From Promethearchaeota archaeon (GTDB taxonomy: Archaea; Asgardarchaeota; Lokiarchaeia; Sigyniarchaeales; SOKP01): a DNA stretch of 64,000 bases. The stretch spans positions 1-64,000 of the forward strand of contig JAEOTS010000080.1 of assembly GCA_016839745.1 (NCBI GenBank), written 5' to 3'. Below the pieces are notes generated by a model that had not been told where the DNA came from, made no database searches, and was given only the letters and a program-made list of their open reading frames with translations. Below are positions 41,625-51,130 of the stretch, one piece after another. The position numbers and the translations under genes were made by a program. The stretch's first letter is position 1. Every line of letters starts with the position of its first letter.

Positions 41625-41662
41625 ATTAGGTCAGTATTCAGTGTGATGTAAGGATCAAAATC

Positions 41663-42034
41663 TCAAGACTGTTGTAGAAAATCCCAAGTACCAAGCGCCC
41701 CACCAGCTATAATCAAAAAAAAAGGAATCAAAAAATTAAAAGGTAGAATGGAAAAGGTTCCACTCATTGAAATCCTTGCTATCATCACGGCAAATATAAT
41801 TCCTATAACTCCTAAAATTAAACAAATAACACTTCCAGCTATTAGACTCTTGAATTCAATTAGCGCCCCCAATATAGCAAACAAACCGACTCCTCCAATA
41901 TAATATAGATACCCACACTGAGTGGGTGTGCCAATCCACCCAAGATTACACAAAAACAGCATGAAGAAACTTAAAAGGACGACCAAGAATCCCCCAAATA
42001 CACTTAACACAATACTCAATTTTTTTGTAGACAT
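41663..42034 (-). CDS. Small hypothetical membrane protein (4 TM)
   Basis: 123 aa, Gly-rich hydrophobic helices. Confidence 0.65.
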   Translation of the reverse strand: MSTKKLSIVLSVFGGFLVVLLSFFMLFLCNLGWIGTPTQCGYLYYIGGVGLFAILGALIEFKSLIAGSVICLILGVIGIIFAVMIARISMSGTFSILPFNFLIPFFLIIAGGALGTWDFLQQS

Positions 42035-42235
42035 TATTTCATGTTTTGAAAGTTAGTTTTCTACGATTTACATTGGATTGCATATCAGTAATAAAAAGTT
42101 ATATTTAAGTCATTGCATGATTCAAAACACTGAAATTAAGTATCGAATTATATATATTAATTAATTCAAACTTGATCTAGTAAGCTTAATAAGCTGACCT
42201 AACTGGAATCAATTATAAAAGAAAGGTAAATAAAT

Positions 42236-43138
42236 GTGCTAGATGAAATTGAAGTGTCTGATACGAGCAATTCTGGTGCGGATGTTTCAAAGGAAAAGAT
42301 TAATCTCCAATTTCATTGGTACTTAAGCATTTTCTTTATTATTTACTATTTGTCTTATGTGATCTCTGGAATCATTTTTATGACCTACATAATAAATGTT
42401 TTTATTCCGTATGTCTTATTAATAGACAATCTCATTGTCATTTTTACCAACATTTATTCGTTTCTGGCTTTAATTGCTTTACCATTAGTCATTATTGTTA
42501 GTTATTTATCCCGCTTATTAATTATAGGTTTAATAACTCGTTTTTTCTGGAGATTAACTGAGAAAAGGAGTCCAACTCGGGATGGCATAATCCCGCGAAA
42601 TATTCCTTCCAAAACCGCAAATTATTACCACATTCGATCTTTTATGATAAAATACGGAAAAAACGCTTTCATGAAAGGTGTTTTTCCGTGGTTATCTAAT
42701 TGGTACTTTAATTTTGTGGGAACCGGCATCATTAAAAAAGGCTCTACGTTAGAAGAATCAGTTGTCACAGATAAACACATGAATGTTGGAAGGAATTGCT
42801 ATGTCGGCGTTAATTCAGCACTATCATCTCATTTTGTAGAAGGAACATTTGGCAATATTGTCTATTTTGAAATCAAATTGGGAGAAAATACCACTCTTGG
42901 AGGATTTAACAACATTGCACCTGGATGTGAATTAAGCGATAACTCGTATTTGTTACCAATATCCGCAGCGACAAAACATAATAAGACTAAAGGGAATAAC
43001 TATTACTTTGGGATGCCCATACATAGAATATTCAAGAAAAAACTCATGAACTACTTAAAAGTGAGCGAACATGATTTAGAACGAGCTGAAGAATTAAGGA
43101 TCAGGCAAGAAAAAGAAAAATTAGAAAGAAATAAATGA
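42236..43138 (+). CDS. Membrane-anchored LbH acyltransferase-like protein, type A1 (Pls/PosA terminal-domain-like)
   Basis: 2 TM, DGIIPRN...YYHIR, hexapeptide repeats VGRNCYVGVNS, SSHFVEG, closing YFGMP. Confidence 0.75.
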   Translation: MLDEIEVSDTSNSGADVSKEKINLQFHWYLSIFFIIYYLSYVISGIIFMTYIINVFIPYVLLIDNLIVIFTNIYSFLALIALPLVIIVSYLSRLLIIGLITRFFWRLTEKRSPTRDGIIPRNIPSKTANYYHIRSFMIKYGKNAFMKGVFPWLSNWYFNFVGTGIIKKGSTLEESVVTDKHMNVGRNCYVGVNSALSSHFVEGTFGNIVYFEIKLGENTTLGGFNNIAPGCELSDNSYLLPISAATKHNKTKGNNYYFGMPIHRIFKKKLMNYLKVSEHDLERAEELRIRQEKEKLERNK

Positions 43139-43185
43139 GCGAATTGATAAAATTTTTAATAGACTTAAGAGGAAATTAATAGATT

Positions 43186-44106
43186 TTGATCGAAGATACA
43201 AGTGATTCTGGACCTGAACTCCAACGGGAAATTGTTCAATTTCAGTATCAGAAATATATGGCTTTCTTTTTTTTCATCTACATAGGTTCTTATTTAGCGC
43301 CAGTCATCGCTCTAATGTTTTACCTTTTCTTAGTTTTAAAACCTTTCTTTTTAGAAGTAGAAAATTTCATTGTTGTCCTAACTAGTTTTGATTCATTAAT
43401 TGTTTTTTTAACCCTTCCCCTTGTTGTAGTTGTCTTCTATTTATCCCACTTATATTTCTTAGGACTTTTTACGCGAATTTTATGGAGGTATACCGAAAAG
43501 AAAAGTTCTACACGGGATGGCATAATTCCTCGCAATATTAGGTCAAAGACAGTAGATTATTACCACTACCGAAGCTTTATGATTAAATACGGAAAGAATG
43601 CTTTCGTGAAAGGAATTTTCCCATGGCTGGCTAATTGGTTTTTTAATTTTGTAGGAGCAAGCGTTATTAATAAAGGCACAACTTTTGAGGAATCTGTTAG
43701 TAACGACCGAAATATTGAAGTGGGAAAAAATTGTTATATTGGAGTGAATTCGGCGTTAGCTTCTCACGTTGTTGAAGGTATTTTTGGTAACATCATCTAT
43801 TTTCAGGTAAAAGCAAGAGATAATGTTACGCTCGGAGGGTTTAATGTAGTGGGACCTGGAAGCGAGCTAAAAGAAAACTCTTATTTATTACCTATGGCTG
43901 CTGCGACTAAATTTAATACGACTAAAGGAGACAGCTATTATTATGGTATGCCATTACATCGCATATTTAAGAAAAAGCTCATGGGTTACTTAAAACTCAG
44001 TGAAGACGATTTAAACAGGGCAGAAGAACTAAGAATTAGGCAAGAAAACGCGAAACTCAACAGTTCAAAGAAAAAAGAAACAAACAATAAAGAAAAACAA
44101 AAATAA
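43186..44106 (+). CDS. Membrane-anchored LbH acyltransferase-like protein, type A2
   Basis: Tandem paralog of 42236..43138; VGKNCYIGVNS, ASHVVEG, YYGMP. Confidence 0.75.
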   Translation: MIEDTSDSGPELQREIVQFQYQKYMAFFFFIYIGSYLAPVIALMFYLFLVLKPFFLEVENFIVVLTSFDSLIVFLTLPLVVVVFYLSHLYFLGLFTRILWRYTEKKSSTRDGIIPRNIRSKTVDYYHYRSFMIKYGKNAFVKGIFPWLANWFFNFVGASVINKGTTFEESVSNDRNIEVGKNCYIGVNSALASHVVEGIFGNIIYFQVKARDNVTLGGFNVVGPGSELKENSYLLPMAAATKFNTTKGDSYYYGMPLHRIFKKKLMGYLKLSEDDLNRAEELRIRQENAKLNSSKKKETNNKEKQK

Positions 44107-44124
44107 AGACACGTGTTAAATAAA

Positions 44125-45039
44125 ATGACTGAAGAAGAAAATGATGAGCAAGAAGTTGTTAAGGAGGATAATGAAATAGATGATGATACAGAATTCATTA
44201 TAGACTTTACAACAAGCTCGGCAATAAATAGAGTTGGTTTGAAATTCTTAGTTGTGTATATCCCAATATTCTGGTTTAGCGGTCTTGCGGTTGCAACATT
44301 TTGGTATGGTTATACAATAAGTCCAGTACCTTGGATAATTAAATTGTTATTTTTACCTCTAATATTATTAGGTTTCAGTTTTCTATTTATCTTTAGTTGT
44401 TTCTTTTTTAGCAAACTTCTATTAATTTTCATAAACTTAATTCACTTTCCCAAAGAGGGAATATTCCGGGCTGAAAAGGGAAACATGGATTTTGAGTTTT
44501 GGATCCTCAGAACCGAGATAAAGAAGATAACGCTATGGTTAATACGAAATTGGCCTTTGCCGTGGATTGATGTTATCGCTTTTCGCTGGTTTGGTATAAA
44601 AATGGACTTTTCAAGCCATTTAAACGACGCGTGGTGTGATGCTGAATTCATTTCCTTTGGAAAACACGTTACCATTGGTCAAGGCGCTGTTATCATGAGT
44701 TCAATGGTAGTAGGCAATTACCTCATCATTAAAAAGATTAGATTTGACGATTATTCGCTCATCGGAGGTCAGAGTACTATCGCCCCTGGAACGCATTTTG
44801 GTGAAGATACAGTGCTGGGCGCGGTGTCTACGACAACATTAAATCAGGAATTAGAAGACGGATGGATTTATTCTGGAATCCCAGCAAGGAAATTAAAACT
44901 TAACAAATACGCTGAAATGCGGAGGGACATTATCCACAAAGTTGACGTTGACGAAGCAGAAAAAGTCGAAACCGAGCACGAAGTTAATATAGACGATGAT
45001 AAAAGACACCTTTTTAAAAAGAAGAGGGAGGATGATTGA
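44125..45039 (+). CDS. Membrane-anchored LbH protein, type B
   Basis: DFTTSSAI, 2 TM, PKEGIF...FEFW, FGKHVTIGQGAVI, IGGQSTIAPGT, YSGIPA; ATG 44125 (track GTG 44113). Confidence 0.75.
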   Translation: MTEEENDEQEVVKEDNEIDDDTEFIIDFTTSSAINRVGLKFLVVYIPIFWFSGLAVATFWYGYTISPVPWIIKLLFLPLILLGFSFLFIFSCFFFSKLLLIFINLIHFPKEGIFRAEKGNMDFEFWILRTEIKKITLWLIRNWPLPWIDVIAFRWFGIKMDFSSHLNDAWCDAEFISFGKHVTIGQGAVIMSSMVVGNYLIIKKIRFDDYSLIGGQSTIAPGTHFGEDTVLGAVSTTTLNQELEDGWIYSGIPARKLKLNKYAEMRRDIIHKVDVDEAEKVETEHEVNIDDDKRHLFKKKREDD

Positions 45040-45040
45040 A

Positions 45041-45937
45041 ATGAGCGTTCCTAATTCTATGCGTATTGGTCCTTTTTGTGCGACGGTCTTAGCTAAAAAA
45101 AAATACTTGATATTATATATATTTTTGATTTGGATAAGTCTATTTCCCGCTATTTTGGAAATATGGTGGTATTGGCAGATGTTATGGTACGAGCCTCGAC
45201 CACTCCACTTTTACGTGTTTTTGCCACTCTATTTGTTCGTTATCTATGTTACAACTGTTATTGCCGCCATCTTTTTCACGAAAATTGTGTTAATGATCAT
45301 TAACATTTTCCATAAACCTAAAGAAGGAGTGTTTCTTCGAGATCCTTCTGATAAGGATTACCGTTATTGGAGCCTTAGAAACACGATTAAGAAATGGCCC
45401 ACTTGGCTCGCACATAAATTTCCATTTCCCTTCTTAGATAATATATGTTTTAAAATGTTTGGGGTTAAAACAAAATTTTCTAACTCACTTTTTGAAGGTT
45501 GGGTAGATACGGAATTCATGGAATTCGGTAAAAATGTTGTTGTTGGACAGGGTGCTATAATTCAATCTTCGGTTATCATAGGAAACCTTTTGATTATTAG
45601 AAAAACAACTATTGAAGAAAATGTAAGGATTGGAGCACACGTAATAATTATGCCAGGAACTCATATAGGAAAAAATTGTATTTTGAATACTTGGTCGTCT
45701 ACCATGGTCGGACAAGAATTGGAAGAAGGTTGGATATATAATGGAGGTCCGGCAAAAAAATTTAAGAAAAATAGGTTTTTCGAGGACATCCCAATTGAAA
45801 AACTTACTAAAAGCATTGGAGATTTGGATGGATTATTAAGGAAATACGACGAACAACGGGTCGCTAGAGTAACTAAAGAGCGGAAATTCCTTAAAATAAA
45901 AGATAAAGAGGAACATACCACTGAAGAAAAGGAGTAA
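45041..45937 (+). CDS. Membrane-anchored LbH protein, type C
   Basis: MSVPNSMRIGP start matches paralog 53025; PKEGVF...DYRYW; FGKNVVVGQGAII; IGAHVIIMPGTHIG; YNGGPA. Confidence 0.75.
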   Translation: MSVPNSMRIGPFCATVLAKKKYLILYIFLIWISLFPAILEIWWYWQMLWYEPRPLHFYVFLPLYLFVIYVTTVIAAIFFTKIVLMIINIFHKPKEGVFLRDPSDKDYRYWSLRNTIKKWPTWLAHKFPFPFLDNICFKMFGVKTKFSNSLFEGWVDTEFMEFGKNVVVGQGAIIQSSVIIGNLLIIRKTTIEENVRIGAHVIIMPGTHIGKNCILNTWSSTMVGQELEEGWIYNGGPAKKFKKNRFFEDIPIEKLTKSIGDLDGLLRKYDEQRVARVTKERKFLKIKDKEEHTTEEKE

Positions 45938-45938
45938 C

Positions 45939-46727
45939 ATGAAAATCGGTTACGTACAAACTTCTCCAATTTTTGGAGAAATAACTCAAAACTTTGACCA
46001 AATTGAGAGTTTAGTGGGTAATTCTAAAGCAGACTTTATTGTTTTGCCCGAACTCTTCGCAACGGGATACACTTTCATATCTAAAGAAGAAGCGGCATCT
46101 ATGGCTGAAAATACTGAAGGAAAAACTTCCGAATTCTTAATGAGAATAGCTAAAAGAACGGGTGCTGTGGTTGTAGGTGGATTCATAGAAAAAGATGGTA
46201 ATCACATATTCAATTCGTCTATGATCGTATCTGATAGCGAAGTTCTTGGTACATATAGGAAACTCCACCTTTATTACAAAGAAAATAAGTGGTTTTCTCC
46301 GGGAAATAAACCTTTAGAAATATATAAAGTTAAAGATACAAGGGTGGGAATCATGATTTGTTTCGATTGGTTCTTTCCTGAGACTATCCGAAGTTTAACT
46401 CTTCTTGGAGCAGAAATTATCGCTCATCCCGCTAATTTAGTTCTTCCGTATTGCCAGAAAGCAATGATAACTCGATGTTTGATCAATCGCGTTTTCGCTA
46501 TAACTTCTAATAGAATTGGTAATGAAGCGAGAGGAGAGGATAATTTTACATTTACAGGGGGAAGCCAAATTACCTCTTTTAATGGTGAGGTACTATCAAC
46601 TGCGCCAAAGGATAAACCTTATATTGATTTTGTTGAAATAGAGATTACTCAAGCGAGAGATAAAAACCTTAACAAATATAATAATGTAATTAGTGATAGA
46701 AGAATTGAGTTTTATTCACTTGAGTAA
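45939..46727 (+). CDS. Nitrilase-superfamily carbon-nitrogen hydrolase (amidase)
   Basis: E-K-C triad: VLPELF, YRKLHL, MICFDW; SNRIG; starts 1 nt after the type C stop. Confidence 0.9.
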   Translation: MKIGYVQTSPIFGEITQNFDQIESLVGNSKADFIVLPELFATGYTFISKEEAASMAENTEGKTSEFLMRIAKRTGAVVVGGFIEKDGNHIFNSSMIVSDSEVLGTYRKLHLYYKENKWFSPGNKPLEIYKVKDTRVGIMICFDWFFPETIRSLTLLGAEIIAHPANLVLPYCQKAMITRCLINRVFAITSNRIGNEARGEDNFTFTGGSQITSFNGEVLSTAPKDKPYIDFVEIEITQARDKNLNKYNNVISDRRIEFYSLE

Positions 46728-46751
46728 ATTTACTATCAAATTTTAAAAAAA

Positions 46752-48392
46752 TTAAACTTCTACAACATAAAGCGGCCATTTTTTTAAAATGCCTTTCGGA
46801 CTCTTCCCGTTTTTAACTTTCTCTAATATTTCAGAGCGAGTCGATAAGAAGTCTACGGGATTATTCTTAATAAATTCTAGTTCAATCTCATTATTTAAAA
46901 TAGCTTCTTTAAATTTTTTATTTTTAATACATTCCAATAAGATTTGACTATAATTTGCTAAATTAGAGCAATTACTCTTCTCGTTTGAATATAGAAATAA
47001 TCTTAAACCATTATTTACAGATTTTTTAGAGATTATTAGTAATAGAGAATCAATATTTGGAATGCATTTCTCTTTTAAGCAATTTAAAAGAAATCTAGGA
47101 TTTTGAATTTCGAAATTAGGAAAAGTAAAGTAATCCCCAGCATAGACTCGATAATTAGATTGTACTTCTATCTTATTTGACAATTTTATAGGATAATTTA
47201 ATTGAAAACTTGAACGGAAAATTCTCCCGTCAATTTGGGGAAGTCCGTCTTGATATTTAATTGAAATAACATCACTTAAATCTATATTGATTAATGCTTC
47301 TGAGTTGTCAAGACGTGAAACATAAAGCCTACCAAATTTATTTTTGGTTCTTGAAATCAACTCTTTTTTTCCTCTGTAATCTATTACTGGAAGTGAAAGA
47401 GGAAAGATATGCATTCTATCTAAAGTAGAGATATCAAAACCAGCTCCACTTAAACTTGAAGCAAATGGTCCAATCTCAGAAGCTACATAAAGATTAGTGA
47501 ATTTTTCTTTCCCTTTTTCCCATTTCATAAATTTTCGAATTAAATTCCAGTCAGATTTTGAAAGTGAACTAATGCTAAATATTAAAGTTGCATTAGCTAG
47601 CTTTTCAGATAGATCATTTTGAATTTGTTTTGAAGCATTAAATAATCCATTCTTTTCAATTTTTAATAGAAGGTCTTCAACTTTTGGATTTTGAGTTTTA
47701 TCTATTGAATCAAGTGATCTTTTAATCCCATCCTGGAGTCTAACAATATCTGCCCAACCTAAGATTGTTATTGCTGGAGCAGAAATAACTGAGATATTAT
47801 CCATTGTTAAAATTTCAGATAAAATCTCTAAATTCCTTGAATTTTTATATTCATATAAAAGATACGATTTTGGTTTAATAACAGATAACATAATTCTTTG
47901 AGAAAATTCTGAAGAGTAAAGCGAAATATATTTCTTGTCTTTATATGTTCTAGTTCCATCAAATTTTAATCTAGAAGGAACAAAAACAATAGCGGAAGAA
48001 TTTGAATTTAAACCACTCGATTCAAAAATTGCTTGCATACCAGGAGCCCACTGCCTTTTAGCAATATCTTTTGTCATGTGAAACCATTTTATCATCGACA
48101 AATTACTATTTGTAGTCCCTGAAGTATGACAAAAAACTAATGGTTTCGAAATTTTATTAGTTTTTAGATAATCATCGATCTTTATCGAGAAACTTCTTGA
48201 ATCAGTCAATCCAGATTTTATCTTATTGAAAATATCCTCAACAGATGACAATCCCGAAAGTTTTAATGATAATTCTTCATATTCTTCTCTAGTCCTTATT
48301 TCAAGCCAAGATTTCCAATTTATTTTTTTTATATCAGAAAAGGACTCATTGAATTTTTTCTGAATCTTCTCATCAAAATCTAATGACTCCAA
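46752..48392 (-). CDS. GH3-like/ANL-superfamily adenylate-forming enzyme (divergent)
   Basis: P-loop-like HTSGTT; NLYVASEIG (YxxSE); NIDLSDVI (degenerate YRxGD); DGR. Confidence 0.6.
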   Translation of the reverse strand: MESLDFDEKIQKKFNESFSDIKKINWKSWLEIRTREEYEELSLKLSGLSSVEDIFNKIKSGLTDSRSFSIKIDDYLKTNKISKPLVFCHTSGTTNSNLSMIKWFHMTKDIAKRQWAPGMQAIFESSGLNSNSSAIVFVPSRLKFDGTRTYKDKKYISLYSSEFSQRIMLSVIKPKSYLLYEYKNSRNLEILSEILTMDNISVISAPAITILGWADIVRLQDGIKRSLDSIDKTQNPKVEDLLLKIEKNGLFNASKQIQNDLSEKLANATLIFSISSLSKSDWNLIRKFMKWEKGKEKFTNLYVASEIGPFASSLSGAGFDISTLDRMHIFPLSLPVIDYRGKKELISRTKNKFGRLYVSRLDNSEALINIDLSDVISIKYQDGLPQIDGRIFRSSFQLNYPIKLSNKIEVQSNYRVYAGDYFTFPNFEIQNPRFLLNCLKEKCIPNIDSLLLIISKKSVNNGLRLFLYSNEKSNCSNLANYSQILLECIKNKKFKEAILNNEIELEFIKNNPVDFLSTRSEILEKVKNGKSPKGILKKWPLYVVEV

Positions 48393-48415
48393 AATGCTCT
48401 CCGAGAATAAAATTT

Positions 48416-49405
48416 TTATTTAGTATATAATTCAATCAATTCTTGTCGTCGTTTCCTATAAAATACAATTGGAATATCTCCTTGAATGAGTTTTTCTTCC
48501 ATTTGTAATTCAGTTTTTATCGGTTGCTGGGTTATAACAACCCTTCGATCTTGGTGTAAAATCTTAATACTTGACTTTTTTCCAATCCAATTAACTAAAG
48601 TTTTCAAAAGTGGAATTCTTACTAATTTCTGATAAAATCTCATATAAAATAAAGTATTGTTTTCATCAACTGGAACAAACGCAATAAAAATGCGTGCTTT
48701 TGTTGCAAGATTGAGTTGCCATAAATGGGGGAATCTAAAGGTAAGATGAAACACTTTAAAATCTTCTGGAAATTCTTGAGGCGTAAAAGGTTTAGTTTTC
48801 CCATCATCTTTTACATTATATGTCCACGCAAGAAACCCTCGCTTATCCTCCATTTCTTCAACGAGAGGGCCATGTACTAGAGTCCGGTGCCCTCTTCCAA
48901 TTGTATTATAATGTACAAAAGGAAGATGTACTACATCTAATTGGTTTTCAATTGCTCTAGAGTAGTGAACTGGCCAAACTTCTGTATAGGTGGAATAACT
49001 AAATTTTTTATCAATATCTTCAAAGAAGGGAAGGGGAGGATATTCGCTCAAAGTATCTCCCCACCATATCCAGATAAAACCATGATCTTCTTCTGTGGGG
49101 TAAGAATGAACTTTAAAACGTTCAGGAACGGGTGAACTTTTTCCATTAGCGGGGATAATTGTAGTTCTACCTGAGGAGTCGTATTGAAGTCCATGAAATG
49201 GGCATTCTACAGTTTCACCATCTTGGCATATTTTACCTATACTCAGTGCTGCACCTCGATGTACACATTTATCTTTCAAGCATATAATTTCATTTTTCTT
49301 GTTACGCCAAAATACCATTTTTTCGCTTAAACGAGTTATTCCAATGAGTTTACCACGAGGAACTTCTTTTGATTCTAATACAGCATACCATTGATTTGGA
49401 ATCAT
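48416..49405 (-). CDS. Rieske non-heme iron oxygenase, alpha subunit (VanA/KshA-like)
   Basis: NQWY; CVH...CPFHG Rieske ligands; ENQLDVVHLPFVH iron site; C-terminal QD. Confidence 0.9.
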   Translation of the reverse strand: MIPNQWYAVLESKEVPRGKLIGITRLSEKMVFWRNKKNEIICLKDKCVHRGAALSIGKICQDGETVECPFHGLQYDSSGRTTIIPANGKSSPVPERFKVHSYPTEEDHGFIWIWWGDTLSEYPPLPFFEDIDKKFSYSTYTEVWPVHYSRAIENQLDVVHLPFVHYNTIGRGHRTLVHGPLVEEMEDKRGFLAWTYNVKDDGKTKPFTPQEFPEDFKVFHLTFRFPHLWQLNLATKARIFIAFVPVDENNTLFYMRFYQKLVRIPLLKTLVNWIGKKSSIKILHQDRRVVITQQPIKTELQMEEKLIQGDIPIVFYRKRRQELIELYTK

Positions 49406-49611
49406 AATTAAATTAACACTATAATCTCTTATTTTTATTTATTCTTCCTATAAACTAAAAACAATACGATTCAGTTTGAATGAAATTTCATTTCACTTCA
49501 AAGTAATACGAAAAGACAAACATAATAAGCTTATTTAAAATATAATTGTATTGAAGAAGAACGATCCGAACTTTAAGTGATTGATAAAATAAGTTAATAA
49601 ATGCATAGAAG

Positions 49612-50619
49612 ATGAGAGCTGCCGTATTTGATGGACAACAAATATCAGTTAAGGATGTACCAATACCAAAACTTGGAAATTCTCAAGTTTTAATTCAAAT
49701 TAAAGCGTCAGGAATATGTGGGACCGATATAGCCATAGTAAAAGGAGATTTGCCAACGCCATCTCCGCTTATTTTAGGACACGAGTTTGCAGGTGAAGTT
49801 ATAGAAGTCGGTAAGAAAGTTGACTCAAACTGGGAAGGAAAACATGTCACATCCGAAATTAATACCAACATCGATTTCAGCTGTTATTACTGTCAACGAA
49901 AAATTTTTTCCCAATGTCTATCACGCAAAGCCTTAGGTATAGATATTAACGGCTCCTTTGCTGAATACATAGTTCTTGAGCCATATTTGCTTCACGAAAT
50001 ACCGAGAAAGATTTCTTACAAGGAAGCAACGTTTATAGAACCTTTAGCAGCAGCGTATCAAACATTTGAAATGATGCCATTAGCTGATGACGACAAAGTT
50101 ATCGCAATCTATGGGCTTGGAAAATTAGGTTTATTGCTAACCCAAGTCGCCTTAGTTAAGGGATTGGATGTAATAGCAGTTGATGGTTCAGAAAAAAAGC
50201 TTTCTATGGCTGAACAGTATGGTGCAAAGCAATTAATTAACCGTCATGAGGTAGAAAATATAAGTGATGAGATCAAAAGTTCAACTGATAATCTTGGAGC
50301 AGATATTGTCGTAGATACTACAGGCAATCCAGAAGCTCTTATAGATATCGTTGCTTCGTGTAAAACACGAGGTAAAATCCACATTAAAAGTACTCATGGA
50401 TTAAGAACTCCAATCAATCTTACTGATATAGTAGTTCGAGAAATCACAATTTACAGCAGTAGGTGTGGTCCATTTGATAAAGCAATTGAGGGATTAAGCT
50501 CTGGAGATATTAAAGTTAAAAATTTAGTTTCCAAAATGTATGACTTAGAAAAAATTAGAGAAGCATTTGCTGCTTACGATGAAAATCCGGATTTTATAAA
50601 AGCAGTTATCATAATTTAG
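49612..50619 (+). CDS. Zinc-dependent alcohol dehydrogenase (MDR family)
   Basis: GICGTD, LGHEFAG, EPLAAA, GLGKLG, SRCGPF. Confidence 0.9.
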   Translation: MRAAVFDGQQISVKDVPIPKLGNSQVLIQIKASGICGTDIAIVKGDLPTPSPLILGHEFAGEVIEVGKKVDSNWEGKHVTSEINTNIDFSCYYCQRKIFSQCLSRKALGIDINGSFAEYIVLEPYLLHEIPRKISYKEATFIEPLAAAYQTFEMMPLADDDKVIAIYGLGKLGLLLTQVALVKGLDVIAVDGSEKKLSMAEQYGAKQLINRHEVENISDEIKSSTDNLGADIVVDTTGNPEALIDIVASCKTRGKIHIKSTHGLRTPINLTDIVVREITIYSSRCGPFDKAIEGLSSGDIKVKNLVSKMYDLEKIREAFAAYDENPDFIKAVIII

Positions 50620-51004
50620 TAAACAGTACCTGTTTTTCTAAAAATCTAACGATCTTTTTACATGTATTCATGTGAGATTGTTTATTTGGATAAAACATTT
50701 CAGGTCTCGGGCATTCTTGGTCTAAAACGCATATTTCTTTATCAGAATCGTATATTAAAGGATAAAAACGACATCCTTGTGGTCTCACTCTATAAACTTG
50801 ACATAATTTAGATGTAACATCAAAGAAAACGCAAAATCCATCTGCATTTTTTAATTGGAGCAATCCATCTGTTGTTTTTATTACAAAATCGTTTGTTCGC
50901 AAGTTCTTAGGATCAGAATTTTTAATTCGGTTAACATCCCGAGCAGAAAGAATCATTTCTGTTTCACGACAACAATTACCACAATCTACACATTTGTTTT
51001 TCAT
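50609..51004 (-). CDS. YkgJ family CxxCxxCC cysteine-cluster protein
   Basis: CVDCGNCC, CVFF, CQVYRVRPQGCRFYP. Confidence 0.85.
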   Translation of the reverse strand: MKNKCVDCGNCCRETEMILSARDVNRIKNSDPKNLRTNDFVIKTTDGLLQLKNADGFCVFFDVTSKLCQVYRVRPQGCRFYPLIYDSDKEICVLDQECPRPEMFYPNKQSHMNTCKKIVRFLEKQVLFTKL

Positions 51005-51130
51005 AGTTAGCTTATCTTTTCTACTATTTATTAATACTTAATAAGGAAAAAACAAATTTTTTTAAACTATAAAAGTAATCTTTTATCTTAATTATACTTT
51101 AATCGAGTATTTTTTTTGATTTGATAAATC

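Noticed and set aside
44996-45040. N-terminal extension of the type C LbH protein
   Set aside because: Overlaps the type B gene; the paralog at 53025 starts at the residue matching ATG 45041
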